A stretch of DNA of 64,000 nucleotides from Oscillospiraceae bacterium (GCA_902768805.1 CACXMX010000002.1:6241-70240), one strand, 5' to 3'; counted from the stretch's first letter, positions 18,770 through 28,382 are shown. Notes: generated from the letters alone by a model not told the origin. Program-made: numbers and translations.

Positions 18770-20371
18770 TTATTCGTGTTCCTGAGCTTCGGGAACGGAA
18801 GAGGCCTCCGGGATCTCTCCGGCCTCGGGAGCGCCGGGGAACTTCGGGGCTTCCCCGCCTTCGGGAGCACCGGGGAACTTCGGGCCTCCGGGTCCGCCTC
18901 CGGGAGCGCCGGGGAACTTCGGGCCTCCGGGGCCGCCCGGGCCGCCGGGCCTTCCGGGTCCGCCCGCGAAGTTCATGATCCGCAGGTTTTTCCAGCGGCC
19001 GTACTTATACAGGAAGAAGGTGATGATCGCGTTGACGACCATGCCGAATACCATGGAGAGGAATACCATGCGCTCCTGCGTCCACAGGGTGGCGCCGGCG
19101 TTTTTGGCCAGAGCGACGAATCCGTAGGCAGTGATCAGACGCAGGACAATGTTGGTGCCGATGCCCATCCACATCGGGGAGATGGTATCGCCCGCGCCGC
19201 GGATGACGCCCATCATGGGCTGAGAGATGCAGTTGATGACATAGGTCGGCGCAATGATGTAGATCAGACCCATGGTCATGTCGTTAAGCGCCTGCTCGGG
19301 AGTGAAGAGCCTGAGCAGATTCGGTCCGAACATAAGGACCAGCGGCCCCATGACGGCGGTTATGCCCAGAGACATGAAGATACACTGCCGCAGACCGATC
19401 TTCACGCGGTCCATACGGCCGGCGCCGATGTTCTGGCCGGCGAAGGTGGACATGGCCATGCCCATGCTCATCGTGGGCATCATGGCGTAGCCGTCCACAC
19501 GCATGGTCAGAGAGTTGGCCGCGATGAACATGCTGTCGCCGAAGCTGTTGATCAGGCGGGTGACCAGCAGGTTGGAGATGCTGGACAGTCCCATGGTGAT
19601 GCCGGAGGGGATGCCCAGGCCGATGATGCGCTTGATGTAAGCTCCGTCGGGTTTCCATTCCTTCTTGGTGAGCGTGAAGTACTGCTTCAGGGACAGAACC
19701 TTACGGATGCACAGCACCGCGGATACGGCCTGCGCGAAAATCGTGGCGAACGCGACGCCCGCGACGCCGAATCTTTCGACCAGAAGCAGGTCGCCGATGA
19801 TGTTCAGCACGGTGGTGATCAGCAGGAAGCCGAGCGCCGAGAACGAGTCGCCCATGCCGCGCAGCATCCCGCCGTAGATATTGTAGGCAAAGTTGCCGCC
19901 GATGCCGAGGAAGGAAATGAGCAGATACGTTTTGCAGTAGTCATAAAGCTCAGGGAGGGTATTGATCGCCTTGAGCATGGGATCCACGATAAACGGACCG
20001 ACGATCATAATAAATAAGCTGACCGCTATCGTCATGATCGTGCAGTTGGCGATGGTCTTTCCGAGGCCTTCCTTATTACGGGCGCCGAAGAACTGAGCGA
20101 CCATGATGCCGGTACCGGTGGCGACGCCGACGAACAGCGCCATCAGGACCATCAGGACCGGGAACGAACTGCCGACAGCGGCCAGAGCGGTATAACCCCA
20201 GCGGCTGTTGCCGACGACAATGGTATCGACCGTGTTGTAAAGCTGCTGGGCAAAGTTGCCGAGGATCTGCGGGATGGCGAACATCGCCAGCCGTTTCCAC
20301 GGGGTGCCCTCGCTCATGTTTTTTGGCGAAAACAGCTTTTGGAGAAATCCCTGTTCCTTCTTGGATTCCAT
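18770..20371 (-). CDS. MATE family efflux transporter with a Pro/Gly-rich repeat tail
   Basis: 533 aa. The N-terminus ...AIPQILGNFAQQLYNTVDTIVVG is typical of MATE, with 12 predicted TM segments. The extra ~68-aa C-terminal tail carries PKFPGAP three times. Confidence 0.9.
   Translation of the reverse strand: MESKKEQGFLQKLFSPKNMSEGTPWKRLAMFAIPQILGNFAQQLYNTVDTIVVGNSRWGYTALAAVGSSFPVLMVLMALFVGVATGTGIMVAQFFGARNKEGLGKTIANCTIMTIAVSLFIMIVGPFIVDPMLKAINTLPELYDYCKTYLLISFLGIGGNFAYNIYGGMLRGMGDSFSALGFLLITTVLNIIGDLLLVERFGVAGVAFATIFAQAVSAVLCIRKVLSLKQYFTLTKKEWKPDGAYIKRIIGLGIPSGITMGLSSISNLLVTRLINSFGDSMFIAANSLTMRVDGYAMMPTMSMGMAMSTFAGQNIGAGRMDRVKIGLRQCIFMSLGITAVMGPLVLMFGPNLLRLFTPEQALNDMTMGLIYIIAPTYVINCISQPMMGVIRGAGDTISPMWMGIGTNIVLRLITAYGFVALAKNAGATLWTQERMVFLSMVFGMVVNAIITFFLYKYGRWKNLRIMNFAGGPGRPGGPGGPGGPKFPGAPGGGPGGPKFPGAPEGGEAPKFPGAPEAGEIPEASSVPEAQEHE
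18827..18923. repeat. three copies of a 22-nt unit (GGGAGCRCCGGGGAACTTCGGG) spaced 36 and 39 nt apart, inside the MATE 3' coding region
   Basis: Copies at 18827-18848, 18863-18884 and 18902-18923. They are in frame and encode the PKFPGAP repeats. Confidence 0.8.
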
Positions 20372-20449
20372 CTCTCTTCATCAACCCTTTCTGTTCCTAT
20401 TAAATCAATAATCGTATCTTAGCAGAAAACATATTCAATAGCAAGCTAT

Positions 20450-20482
20450 AAAAAAAGAAGAGAAAGCACAATCTTTCTCTTC
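20450..20482 (-). terminator. intrinsic (bidirectional-looking) terminator after the yegP-like gene
   Basis: Stem GAAGAGAAAG / CTTTCTCTTC (20457-20466 / 20473-20482), flanked by a 7-nt A-run and a T-run. Confidence 0.7.
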
Positions 20483-20524
20483 TTTTACTGTATGTTTTTG
20501 TGCAGTTATGTGCGGGTCACCGGT

Positions 20525-20902
20525 TTATTTTGCTTCTTCTTTCTCGATTTTTCCTTCCGCGGCGTTCTTTTTCACGGATTCGATGCCGTTGAGCACGCTG
20601 GGCTTGGATTTGTAGCTTTCCCCGACGGCGATGATTTGCCCGTTTGTTGCCTTCAGGCGATAGCGGAACTCACCCGCTTTGTCCAGATAGACCTCGAATT
20701 TGGGATGCTTCTCTTTGGTGAAGCCCTCGACCGTCTGGTCCTCCACGGGGGCGACGGGAGCGTTTTTGATGACGCTGGCGATGCCCTTGCGGCAGGCGGC
20801 TTCCGTGGTATATATCTCGGATGTGGCGATCACTTCTCCGTTGCCGGCTTTGAGATTGAACATGACGCCGGTTTTTACTGCGCGGATCACAAATTTACCC
20901 AT
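20525..20902 (-). CDS. YegP/DUF1508 family protein (two tandem domains)
   Basis: 125 aa. Two repeats of the F.L.A.NG..IA.SE.Y....A...GI.SV pattern characteristic of UPF0339. Confidence 0.8.
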   Translation of the reverse strand: MGKFVIRAVKTGVMFNLKAGNGEVIATSEIYTTEAACRKGIASVIKNAPVAPVEDQTVEGFTKEKHPKFEVYLDKAGEFRYRLKATNGQIIAVGESYKSKPSVLNGIESVKKNAAEGKIEKEEAK

Positions 20903-20989
20903 ATCGGACCCTCCTGTTTCCTATTATGTAATAAGAATACAGTATACTGCGCCAAAATGCAAGAAAAATCGGCGTTTTGCCCGAAGAGC

Positions 20990-22210
20990 TTACCGGAGGA
21001 TCACTCTGCGGAAATTCTTCTTTCCGCGCCTGAGCACGACTCCCTCACGCAGCTGTTCGGCCGTAAAGCGCTTTTCCAGATCCGTGACCTTCTCCGTTCC
21101 GCACAGGATCCCTCCCTGCTGGATGTTGCGGCGCGCGTCGCTGCGTGACGAGCACAGGCCGCTCAGCACCAGAAGGCCCATGATATCCGCGCTCCCGTCG
21201 GTGAGATCCGCCTCCCCGATCACGGTTTCCGGGATCTGTTCGTGGCTGCCGGATGAGAAGATGGCACGGGATTTATCCAGCGCAGATGCAGCCTCCTCTT
21301 CGCCGTGCACCAGCTTTGTCAGCTCAAAGGCCAGGATCTCTTTGGCCTCGTTGATCCTCGCGTCCTTCCAGCCGGCCATCTCGTCGATCTGCTCCAGCGG
21401 CAGGAACGTCAGCATGCGGAGGCACTTGACCACATCGGCGTCGCCCACGTTGCGCCAGTACTGGAAGAACTCATAGGGAGAGGTCTTCTGCGGGTCGAGC
21501 CATACGGCGTTGCCGGCTGTCTTGCCCATTTTGTTTCCCTGAGAGTCCGTCAGCAGAGTGATGGTCATGGCGTAGACGTTTTTGCCCAGCTTTTTGCGGA
21601 TGAGCTCTGTGCCGCCGAGCATATTGCTCCACTGGTCGTCTCCGCCGAACTGCATGTTGCAGCCCATGGTCTTGTAGAGATGGTAGAAGTCATAGCTCTG
21701 CATGATCATGTAGTTGAACTCGAAAAAGCTCAGTCCCTTCTCCATGCGCTGCTTGTAGCACTCTGCGCGCAGCATATTGTTCACGCTGAAGTACGTGCCC
21801 ACTTCACGCAGCAGCTCCACATAGTTCAGGTCGAGAAGCCAGTCGGCGTTGTTCACCATCAAGGCCTTGCCGTCGGAAAAATCGATGAATCTCTCCATCT
21901 GACGGCGGAAGCATTCGGCGTTGTGGTCGATGTCCTCCCGGGTCAGCATTTTGCGCATATCCGTCCGTCCGGAGGGATCGCCGATCATGGTCGTACCGCC
22001 GCCGATCAGGGCAATAGGGGTATTGCCCGCCATCTGCAGTCTTTTCATCAGGGTCAGAGCCATGAAATGGCCTGCGGTAAGGCTGTCGGCGGTGCAGTCA
22101 AAACCGATATAGAACTTTGCGCCTCCGTTATTGATAAGGTCTCTGATCTCGGCCTCGTCGGTAACCTGAGCGATCAGCCCGCGCTGCACCAGTTCCTCGT
22201 AGATCTGCAT
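20990..22210 (-). CDS. tyrS: tyrosine--tRNA ligase
   Basis: 406 aa. HIGH-type motif (TADSLTAGHF), KMGKT (KMSKS equivalent), C-terminal S4-like domain. It is preceded by a Tyr T-box. Confidence 0.95.
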   Translation of the reverse strand: MQIYEELVQRGLIAQVTDEAEIRDLINNGGAKFYIGFDCTADSLTAGHFMALTLMKRLQMAGNTPIALIGGGTTMIGDPSGRTDMRKMLTREDIDHNAECFRRQMERFIDFSDGKALMVNNADWLLDLNYVELLREVGTYFSVNNMLRAECYKQRMEKGLSFFEFNYMIMQSYDFYHLYKTMGCNMQFGGDDQWSNMLGGTELIRKKLGKNVYAMTITLLTDSQGNKMGKTAGNAVWLDPQKTSPYEFFQYWRNVGDADVVKCLRMLTFLPLEQIDEMAGWKDARINEAKEILAFELTKLVHGEEEAASALDKSRAIFSSGSHEQIPETVIGEADLTDGSADIMGLLVLSGLCSSRSDARRNIQQGGILCGTEKVTDLEKRFTAEQLREGVVLRRGKKNFRRVILR

Positions 22211-22227
22211 TGTTTACTCTCCTTATA

Positions 22228-22508
22228 AATAGTTTTTGTTGCGCAAAAAGCCCTCTGTCCCAGCGGACAGAGGGCGAATGGTTCGCGGTACCACCTCTTT
22301 CGCCGTCCCCTTACGGAAACGGCCTCACGCCGTGCAGACACACGGACCGCGCTGTAACGGGCGCACCCGGGCGCGCCTACTGGGTCGTATGACCGTTCGG
22401 GCGCCGGCTCCGCGGTGTATTCGGCGAACTCCCTCTCCCCCTTTCACCGGCCGGGGGCTCTCTGCGCAGGGTCCGGTTCGCTTACTGATCCGCTTCATCG
22501 CCGTGGCT
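22228..22508 (-). promoter_or_regulatory. T-box leader RNA (tyrosine specifier UAC) controlling tyrS
   Basis: On the minus strand: an AGAGA box and GGUGAAAG in stem I. A candidate specifier, GAA-UAC-A, lies at 22419-22417. The conserved T-box AAAGAGGUGGUACCGCG lies at 22301-22285. A terminator hairpin plus U-run at 22275-22245 lies directly upstream of the tyrS RBS. Confidence 0.9.
22245..22275 (-). terminator. T-box attenuator terminator
   Basis: Stem GCCCTCTGTCC / GGACAGAGGGC with a 4-nt loop, followed by TTTTT on the minus strand. Confidence 0.85.
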
Positions 22509-22514
22509 TGCGCT

Positions 22515-22543
22515 ATTGTAGCCAATAGAATCCCAATTGTCAA
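22515..22543 (-). promoter_or_regulatory. consensus SigA promoter of the tyrS leader
   Basis: On the minus strand: TTGACA (22543-22538), 17-nt spacer, TACAAT (22520-22515). Confidence 0.75.
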
Positions 22544-22555
22544 GATACCGCAGGT

Positions 22556-24238
22556 TTACAGTCCCGCGCGGAATTCCTCGTCCTTGCGCAGGAGCTCCTC
22601 GGCGCCCGCCAGGAGAGTCGGAGTGATATCTCCTCCGCCGCTCAGCCGCGCCAGTTCCTTTTTTCTGCCGTCCCTGTCCAATGGAATGATCCGCGTATAG
22701 GTCCTGCCGCCGCGCTCCTCCTTTTCCACAAGGAACTGGTGGTCGGCCATGGCGGCGATCTGAGGAAGATGGGTCACGCACAGGACCTGCCTGCGTACGG
22801 CAAGAGCAGCCAGCTTCTCCGCAACGCGCTGCGCGGCAAGCCCGGAAACGCCGGTATCTATTTCGTCGAAAACCAGGGAATCGACCGTGTCGTTCTCGGC
22901 AAATACGTTTTTGAGGGCCAGCATGATGCGGGAAAGCTCGCCGCCGGAGGCGATGCGGCTGATCGGTCCCGGCTCTTCGCCGGCATTTGCCGACATAAGA
23001 AAGCGAACTTCATCCAGCCCGTCAGCGGTAAGATCTCCGGCGGAGGATCCGCTTTTCACATCGACCCGGAAGCGCACGGACGGCATATTCAGATCCCGCA
23101 GTTCTCCCTCCACACGGGAACGGAGCTTTTCCGCCGCATCCAGCCGGGAATCCGTGAGCCTGCGCGCCGAGGAAAGCGCTTCTTCGGCGGCCGCCGAAAT
23201 ATCCCGCTCCAGCTTCTCCAGTCTGTCCCCGGCGTATTCCAGATCGTCGAGAGCGCTGCGGCTCTCCTCCAGCAGGGCGATCAGGCCTGCTTCATCGGCG
23301 GCGTATTTCTTTTCCAGACGGCGCAGCTTCGCCAGCCGCTCCTCCAGAGAATCGTACTCCTCGGGGGAGAAATCCAGCTCGGAGAGTCTGTCGCGCGAGC
23401 GTTCCGCCGCGTCCTCCATGAGCATTCCGGCGCGGGAAAGAAGATCGGCGGCTTCGGAGAGATCCGGACTCCAGGCCGAGGCCCGCTCAAGAGCCGCAGC
23501 GGCTTCAGAGCACAGAGAAAGAGCGTTCTCATCCCCGGAGTACAGCGCTTCATAGGCGCGCTCGAGCTGTTCCGTAAGCTTTTCGCTGTTGTGCAGAAGA
23601 TCTCTTCGCGCGGTAAGCTCCGCTTCTTCCCCGGCGCGCAGCCGGGCGTTCTCCAGTTCTGAGATCCGCGCTCGGAGCGCGTCCTCCCGCTGCATTTTCT
23701 CTGACTCGTCCATTCTGAGCCTGTCCGCCTCACGTCGCAGACCGCGGTAGCGCGCATAGTCCTCCCGATAAGCCTGCAGGACGGCATCGTCCGCCCCGTA
23801 CCGGTCAAGATAATCCATATGCCGACGCTCATCCAGCAGCTGCCTTCCGTCGTTCTGGCCGTGGATGTCCAGGAGCAGGCCTCCCAGCTCCCGCAGCTGC
23901 GCCGCGGATACGGGAACCCCGTTGACTCTGGCGGAGGACCGTCCGTCGCTCGTTAGACGCCGTGAGAGAACGATCTCGTCATCGTCGGCCTCGATATCGT
24001 TTTCCTCGCACCAGCGGCGGGCGTATTCGTTTTCGAAAGAAGCGGTGACAAGCGCTTTTTCCGCGCCGGTGCGCACCAGTTCGCGGCTGGTGCGGCTGCC
24101 GAGCACGGCGTTGAGCGCGTCGATCATCACGGACTTGCCCGCGCCGGTCTCGCCGGTCAGCACTCCCAGCCCGCCCGGAAAATCCACATCGGCCCGCTCA
24201 ATGACGGCAATATTCTCAATGTGGAGACTTTTGAGCAT
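22556..24238 (-). CDS. recN: DNA repair protein RecN
   Basis: 560 aa. N-terminal Walker A GETGAGKS, long coiled-coil middle, C-terminal SGGELSRIMLAL signature and FDEIDTG. Confidence 0.95.
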   Translation of the reverse strand: MLKSLHIENIAVIERADVDFPGGLGVLTGETGAGKSVMIDALNAVLGSRTSRELVRTGAEKALVTASFENEYARRWCEENDIEADDDEIVLSRRLTSDGRSSARVNGVPVSAAQLRELGGLLLDIHGQNDGRQLLDERRHMDYLDRYGADDAVLQAYREDYARYRGLRREADRLRMDESEKMQREDALRARISELENARLRAGEEAELTARRDLLHNSEKLTEQLERAYEALYSGDENALSLCSEAAAALERASAWSPDLSEAADLLSRAGMLMEDAAERSRDRLSELDFSPEEYDSLEERLAKLRRLEKKYAADEAGLIALLEESRSALDDLEYAGDRLEKLERDISAAAEEALSSARRLTDSRLDAAEKLRSRVEGELRDLNMPSVRFRVDVKSGSSAGDLTADGLDEVRFLMSANAGEEPGPISRIASGGELSRIMLALKNVFAENDTVDSLVFDEIDTGVSGLAAQRVAEKLAALAVRRQVLCVTHLPQIAAMADHQFLVEKEERGGRTYTRIIPLDRDGRKKELARLSGGGDITPTLLAGAEELLRKDEEFRAGL

Positions 24239-24687
24239 CAGAGCATTGCCTCGATCTCACGGCAGAAATCCAGGGCCTTCTGCGGATCGCGCATGGCCAG
24301 AAACGCCGTGTCATCTCCGGCGATGGTGCCGACCAGTTCGGGGATATCCATATTGTCCAAAGCGGAAGCGGCGGCGTTGGCAAGGCCCGGAAGAGTATGG
24401 ATGATCACAAGATTCTGGGCTGTATCGAAGCTGACCACGCATTCGCGGAAAATATTGCGCAGACGGATGTTCCGCTCGTCGTTGTCGTCCTCGGAGGGAA
24501 GCGCGTAGCAGTATCCTCCGTTGGGAGAGCTCTTCTTTACAAGCCGCAGCTCTTTTATGTCGCGGGAAAGAGTCGCCTGGGTGCTGTGGATCCCGCGCTC
24601 GGCCAGCGCTTCCATCATCTGGTTCTGAGTCTCGATCTCCCTGTCGCGGATAAGTTCAAGGATCTGAGCCTGTCGTTTGGATTTCAT
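24238..24687 (-). CDS. argR: arginine repressor
   Basis: 149 aa from ATG 24687 (GGGAGG RBS upstream): MKSKRQAQILELIRDREIETQNQMMEAL...ATLSRDIKEL, with C-terminal GTIAGDDT. The track's N-terminal extension was rejected. Confidence 0.92.
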   Translation of the reverse strand: MKSKRQAQILELIRDREIETQNQMMEALAERGIHSTQATLSRDIKELRLVKKSSPNGGYCYALPSEDDNDERNIRLRNIFRECVVSFDTAQNLVIIHTLPGLANAAASALDNMDIPELVGTIAGDDTAFLAMRDPQKALDFCREIEAML

Positions 24688-24721
24688 CTGAATCTGACCT
24701 CCCGGTCTTTTATTGTGTAGA

Positions 24722-25567
24722 TCATGGGATATGTTCGCTGTCGTTCGCGGGGTCGGCTTCCCGCGCTCCGGTCCCTCCGTGCTCGGCATGCGACGCCTCG
24801 ACCAGCGCGTGCAGGTCCGGCGCGGGGATACTCTCGGAATCCTTTCGGATCCAGGCGAGGTATTCGATATTGCCCTCCGGTCCCCGGATGGGAGAATAGT
24901 CCAATCCTCTCAGACCGAATCCGGCGCGGGAGGAGTAACCGATAAATTCCTCCAGCACTTCCCGATGCACTTCGCTGTCGCGGACAACGCCCTTCTTGCC
25001 CACCTTCTCCCTGCCCGCCTCGAACTGGGGCTTGACAAGGCAGATCATATCGGCTCCGTCATCGAGAAGATCATATACCGGACCGAGCACGAGCCTGAGC
25101 GAGATAAAACTGAGGTCCGCTGTGGCAAAGGCGACCGGCTCCCCCAGCTCCGGTGGAGTGAGATAGCGGATGTTGGTGCGCTCCATGCATATCACTCTCG
25201 GATCGCTTCGAAGCTTCCACGCCAGCTGTCCGTATCCCACATCCACGGCGTATACCTTTGACGCTCCGTTTTGCAGCATCACGTCGGTAAAGCCCCCGGT
25301 AGACGCTCCGCAGTCAAGGCAGACAAGATCTCTCGGGGAAACGGGAAAAACCTTCAGCGCTTTCTCGAGCTTCAGTCCGCCGCGGCTCACATAGGGCATG
25401 GCGCCGCGCATTTCCACCCGGGCGTCTTCCGGCACGGACATTCCCGGTTTGTCCGCCATTTTGCCGTTGACCGTCACAAGCCCCGCCATGATGCCGGCTC
25501 TGGCCTTCTCCCGGCTGTCCGTCAGGCCGAGGTCGTAAACAAGCTGATCAAGCCGGATCTTTTTCAT
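24722..25567 (-). CDS. tlyA: TlyA family rRNA (cytidine-2'-O)-methyltransferase
   Basis: 281 aa. S4 domain (RLDQLVYDLGL...SREKA) plus FtsJ-like methyltransferase (CLDCGASTGGFTD). Synteny dxs-tlyA-argR-recN. Confidence 0.9.
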   Translation of the reverse strand: MKKIRLDQLVYDLGLTDSREKARAGIMAGLVTVNGKMADKPGMSVPEDARVEMRGAMPYVSRGGLKLEKALKVFPVSPRDLVCLDCGASTGGFTDVMLQNGASKVYAVDVGYGQLAWKLRSDPRVICMERTNIRYLTPPELGEPVAFATADLSFISLRLVLGPVYDLLDDGADMICLVKPQFEAGREKVGKKGVVRDSEVHREVLEEFIGYSSRAGFGLRGLDYSPIRGPEGNIEYLAWIRKDSESIPAPDLHALVEASHAEHGGTGAREADPANDSEHIP

Positions 25568-27407
25568 TCATCAATCCTCTTGCCGCTTTGCAGATGCCCT
25601 CGGCGTCAAGACCGAGTTCCCTGCGAAGCTGTTCGGGAGATCCGTGCCGCACGATTCCGCTGCCCAGATCCAGAAGAGCGCATCCTCTGAGCGGGACGCC
25701 CGCTTCCGAAACGGCGGAGAGCAGCGAGGTGCCCACGCTTCCGGAGCGGCAGGCTTCCTCGGCAGACAAAAGCCTGCCGGTTTTTCTCAGCGAGGCCAGA
25801 CAGAGCGTATAGTCCGCGGGCAGGATCCGGTTGATCTTGACGATTTCCGCGCCGATCCCCTCGGTCTCCAGCTGCTGAGCTGCCTCGATCGCAGCGTTTA
25901 TCGTGATTCCGTGACAAACTATGGTAACGTCGTCTCCCTCCCGGATCAGCGTGGAAGGCGTGTCGCCGCAGCTGCCGCGATACGCTCCCTCGCGTCCCCT
26001 GGGATACCTGAGGGCAACAGGTCCGTTCTCTTTTTCCAGCGCTGTCTCCAGCATGAAATCGAGCTCCGCGTAGCTTGAGGGCGCGTAGAGCGTCATCCCG
26101 GGCACAGCGGAAAGATAGGCGATGTCGAAGCTGCCCTGATGGGTGATCCCGTCACGTCCTACGATCCCGGCGCGGTCCACCGCGAGCACGACATGTTCGC
26201 CCGTGAGGCCCATGTCTTCAATGAGCATATCAAAGGACCTCTGGAGAAAGGTGGAGTATACGGCAAAAATGGGGCGCATGCCCTGTCTTGCCATTCCGGC
26301 GCACATGGCGGCGGCGTGCTCCTCCGCGATCCCAAGCTCAATGAAACGTTCGGGGAACCGTGAAGAAAAGCATTCCAGTCCCGTTCCTCTTTCCATAGCG
26401 GCGGTCACGGCGCAGATCGAGGGATCCTTTTCCGCCAGGCGGACAGCGGATCTTCCGAAGCGGGAAGAAAAATCCTCTTCCTCGGCATGGGCGGAAACTC
26501 CCTCGGCGGGATCGAATGCTCCGACCCCGTGATACAGTTCCGGAAAAGCCTCAGCGGGGGCGTATCCCTTTCCCTTCACGGTGACGGCGTGGATCAGCAC
26601 CGGGCCCTTCTGCCGTCTGGCCCAGCGGAGGGCACTCTCGAGCGCCGCCTCGTCATGGCCGTCTATGGGACCCAGGTATTCGAAACCCAGATCGGTAAAA
26701 ATGCCGCCCTGGGGCAGAAGATCCTTCTTGACTTTCTCCTTAAGGCGGTGCAGGCGGAAATAAAGGCCGGGCAGATTGCGCATCATACGCCGGTACGCCT
26801 TTTTGAATCGGACATATCCGGGTCTGAGTCTCGCGCGGCTGAGAAGCTGTGAAATGCCTCCGACGCTTTTATTGATGGACATGCCGTTGTCGTTGAGGAT
26901 GATAACGATCGGCTCTCCGCTCTCCCCCGCGTCGCTGAGCCCTTCAAAGCACAGCCCTCCGGTCATGGATCCGTCGCCGATCACAGCGACGACATCATAG
27001 TCTTCCCCGCGGAGCGTCCTCGCCCGCGCCATGCCCATCGCTACCGAGACGGAATCGGACGCGTGGCCCGCCACAAAGGGATCGGCGTCGCTCTCCGCCG
27101 GATTGGGAAAGCCCGACAGTCCGTTGAATTTGCGCAGAGTGGAAAAACGGTTTTTCCTCCCTGTCAGCAGTTTGTGCACATAGGCCTGATGGCCTACGTC
27201 AAACAGTATGCGGTCTTTATACGGATCGTATACACGGTGAATCGCTACGGTCAGCTCCACAGCACCCAGACCGGAGGCAAGATGCCCTCCGGTTTTCGAT
27301 ACGCTGTCTATGAGAAACGAGCGTATCTCGCCGCAGAGACGAGGAATATCCTCTGCCCGTACAGAGCGCAGATCGTCGTTATTGTTGATAGAATCCAGTA
27401 TATTCAA
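25548..27407 (-). CDS. dxs: 1-deoxy-D-xylulose-5-phosphate synthase
   Basis: GHLASGLG, GHQAYVHKLLTGR and GDGSMTGG motifs. The start is uncertain. TTG 27407 follows a GAGGG RBS, whereas the track's TTG at 27437 has none. Confidence 0.93.
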   Translation of the reverse strand: MNILDSINNNDDLRSVRAEDIPRLCGEIRSFLIDSVSKTGGHLASGLGAVELTVAIHRVYDPYKDRILFDVGHQAYVHKLLTGRKNRFSTLRKFNGLSGFPNPAESDADPFVAGHASDSVSVAMGMARARTLRGEDYDVVAVIGDGSMTGGLCFEGLSDAGESGEPIVIILNDNGMSINKSVGGISQLLSRARLRPGYVRFKKAYRRMMRNLPGLYFRLHRLKEKVKKDLLPQGGIFTDLGFEYLGPIDGHDEAALESALRWARRQKGPVLIHAVTVKGKGYAPAEAFPELYHGVGAFDPAEGVSAHAEEEDFSSRFGRSAVRLAEKDPSICAVTAAMERGTGLECFSSRFPERFIELGIAEEHAAAMCAGMARQGMRPIFAVYSTFLQRSFDMLIEDMGLTGEHVVLAVDRAGIVGRDGITHQGSFDIAYLSAVPGMTLYAPSSYAELDFMLETALEKENGPVALRYPRGREGAYRGSCGDTPSTLIREGDDVTIVCHGITINAAIEAAQQLETEGIGAEIVKINRILPADYTLCLASLRKTGRLLSAEEACRSGSVGTSLLSAVSEAGVPLRGCALLDLGSGIVRHGSPEQLRRELGLDAEGICKAARGLMNEKDPA

Positions 27408-27446
27408 AATGAAGCCCTCTCTTTTGTCGGACCACAATCATAACAA

Positions 27447-27482
27447 AGAAAAACGCCCTTTACAAGTGGAAAAGGCGTTTTT
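27447..27482 (-). terminator. hairpin with flanking A/T runs between ispA and dxs
   Basis: Imperfect stem AAACGCCCTT / AAAGGCGTTT with runs on both sides. It may act as a partial terminator inside the operon. Confidence 0.45.
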
Positions 27483-27515
27483 CGTCTGAGTTTATGCAAA
27501 TAATTAACCGTTTAT

Positions 27516-28382
27516 TCATTTTTGTCGGGAGGCAAGTTCCCGCGCCAGCCATTCGGCAAACGAAGTGTCCCCGAAAGCTCCGTCCAGTGAGCGGATCGCT
27601 TCATCGGTGTGCTTTTCCACAAGGCGGGAGCACTCCCCGATTCCCAAAAGAGAAGCGAAAGTCGTTTTTCCTTCCCCCGCATCGGATCCGGCAGGTTTGC
27701 CGAGCATCTCCGTTGTGGAGATCTCATCGAGTACATCGTCGCGGATCTGAAAAGCCAGTCCGAGATGCTCGGCGTACGCGGCAGCGGCTTCGATCATATG
27801 AACGTCACCGCCGGCGCACTGAACGCCCATAACGCAGGCCGCGCGCAGCAGAGTTCCGGTCTTGAGCGCGTGTATAACGAGAAGATCGTTCTCCGTTTTC
27901 GGGGCGGTCTCCGGCGCAGTGTCCAACGCCTGCCCCCCGCACATGCCGCGCTCCCCGGCAGCGTCCGCCAGCGTCTTCGCCATGGCTGCCAGACGGTTCT
28001 CCGGGACAGTGCCGCTCAGAACACAGGAGAAGGCAGACGCCTGCAGGGCGTCCCCCGCCAAAACGGCAAGCGTCTCTCCGAATACCTTATGGCAAGTAGG
28101 GCGGCCACGGCGAAGATCGTCATCGTCCATGCAGGGCAGATCGTCATGGATCAGCGAATAGGTATGGAGCATCTCAAGCCCGCATGCTGCCGGGAGCGCC
28201 TCGGCCGCGGTTCCTCCGGCCATTTCACAGAAAGCGAGCAGCAGGACCGGGCGGATCCGTTTGCCTCCCGCCAGCAGCGAGTAGCGCATGGCATCGGCCA
28301 AAGCTCCGCCGGCAGAAAAGCACTTCTCCAGTTCTTTGTTTACCGCGTCACGCAGACGGGCGTATCTTTCCGTATGATCCAT
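27516..28382 (-). CDS. ispA: farnesyl/geranyl diphosphate synthase (polyprenyl synthetase family)
   Basis: 288 aa from ATG 28382 (TGATG overlap with the xseB stop). First and second Asp-rich motifs DDLPCMDDDDLRRG and DDVLD. Confidence 0.9.
   Translation of the reverse strand: MDHTERYARLRDAVNKELEKCFSAGGALADAMRYSLLAGGKRIRPVLLLAFCEMAGGTAAEALPAACGLEMLHTYSLIHDDLPCMDDDDLRRGRPTCHKVFGETLAVLAGDALQASAFSCVLSGTVPENRLAAMAKTLADAAGERGMCGGQALDTAPETAPKTENDLLVIHALKTGTLLRAACVMGVQCAGGDVHMIEAAAAYAEHLGLAFQIRDDVLDEISTTEMLGKPAGSDAGEGKTTFASLLGIGECSRLVEKHTDEAIRSLDGAFGDTSFAEWLARELASRQK

Noticed and set aside
18827-18923. Repeat cluster considered as a mini-CRISPR or non-coding satellite
   Set aside because: There are only three copies. 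The spacing of 36-39 nt is in frame, and the copies encode a repeated peptide within the MATE ORF. There are no unique spacers of CRISPR size and no cas genes.
18710-20017. 435-aa plus-strand ORF opposite the first MATE gene. Similar antisense ORFs occur at 639-1487, 8719-9696, 9889-10863, 15328-16521, 16190-17341, 28184-29266, 29905-31053, 45369-46616, 50754-51977, 54509-55570 and 62226-63836.
   Set aside because: All are antisense to genes with clear family signatures. They are best explained by stop-codon scarcity in high-GC sequence.
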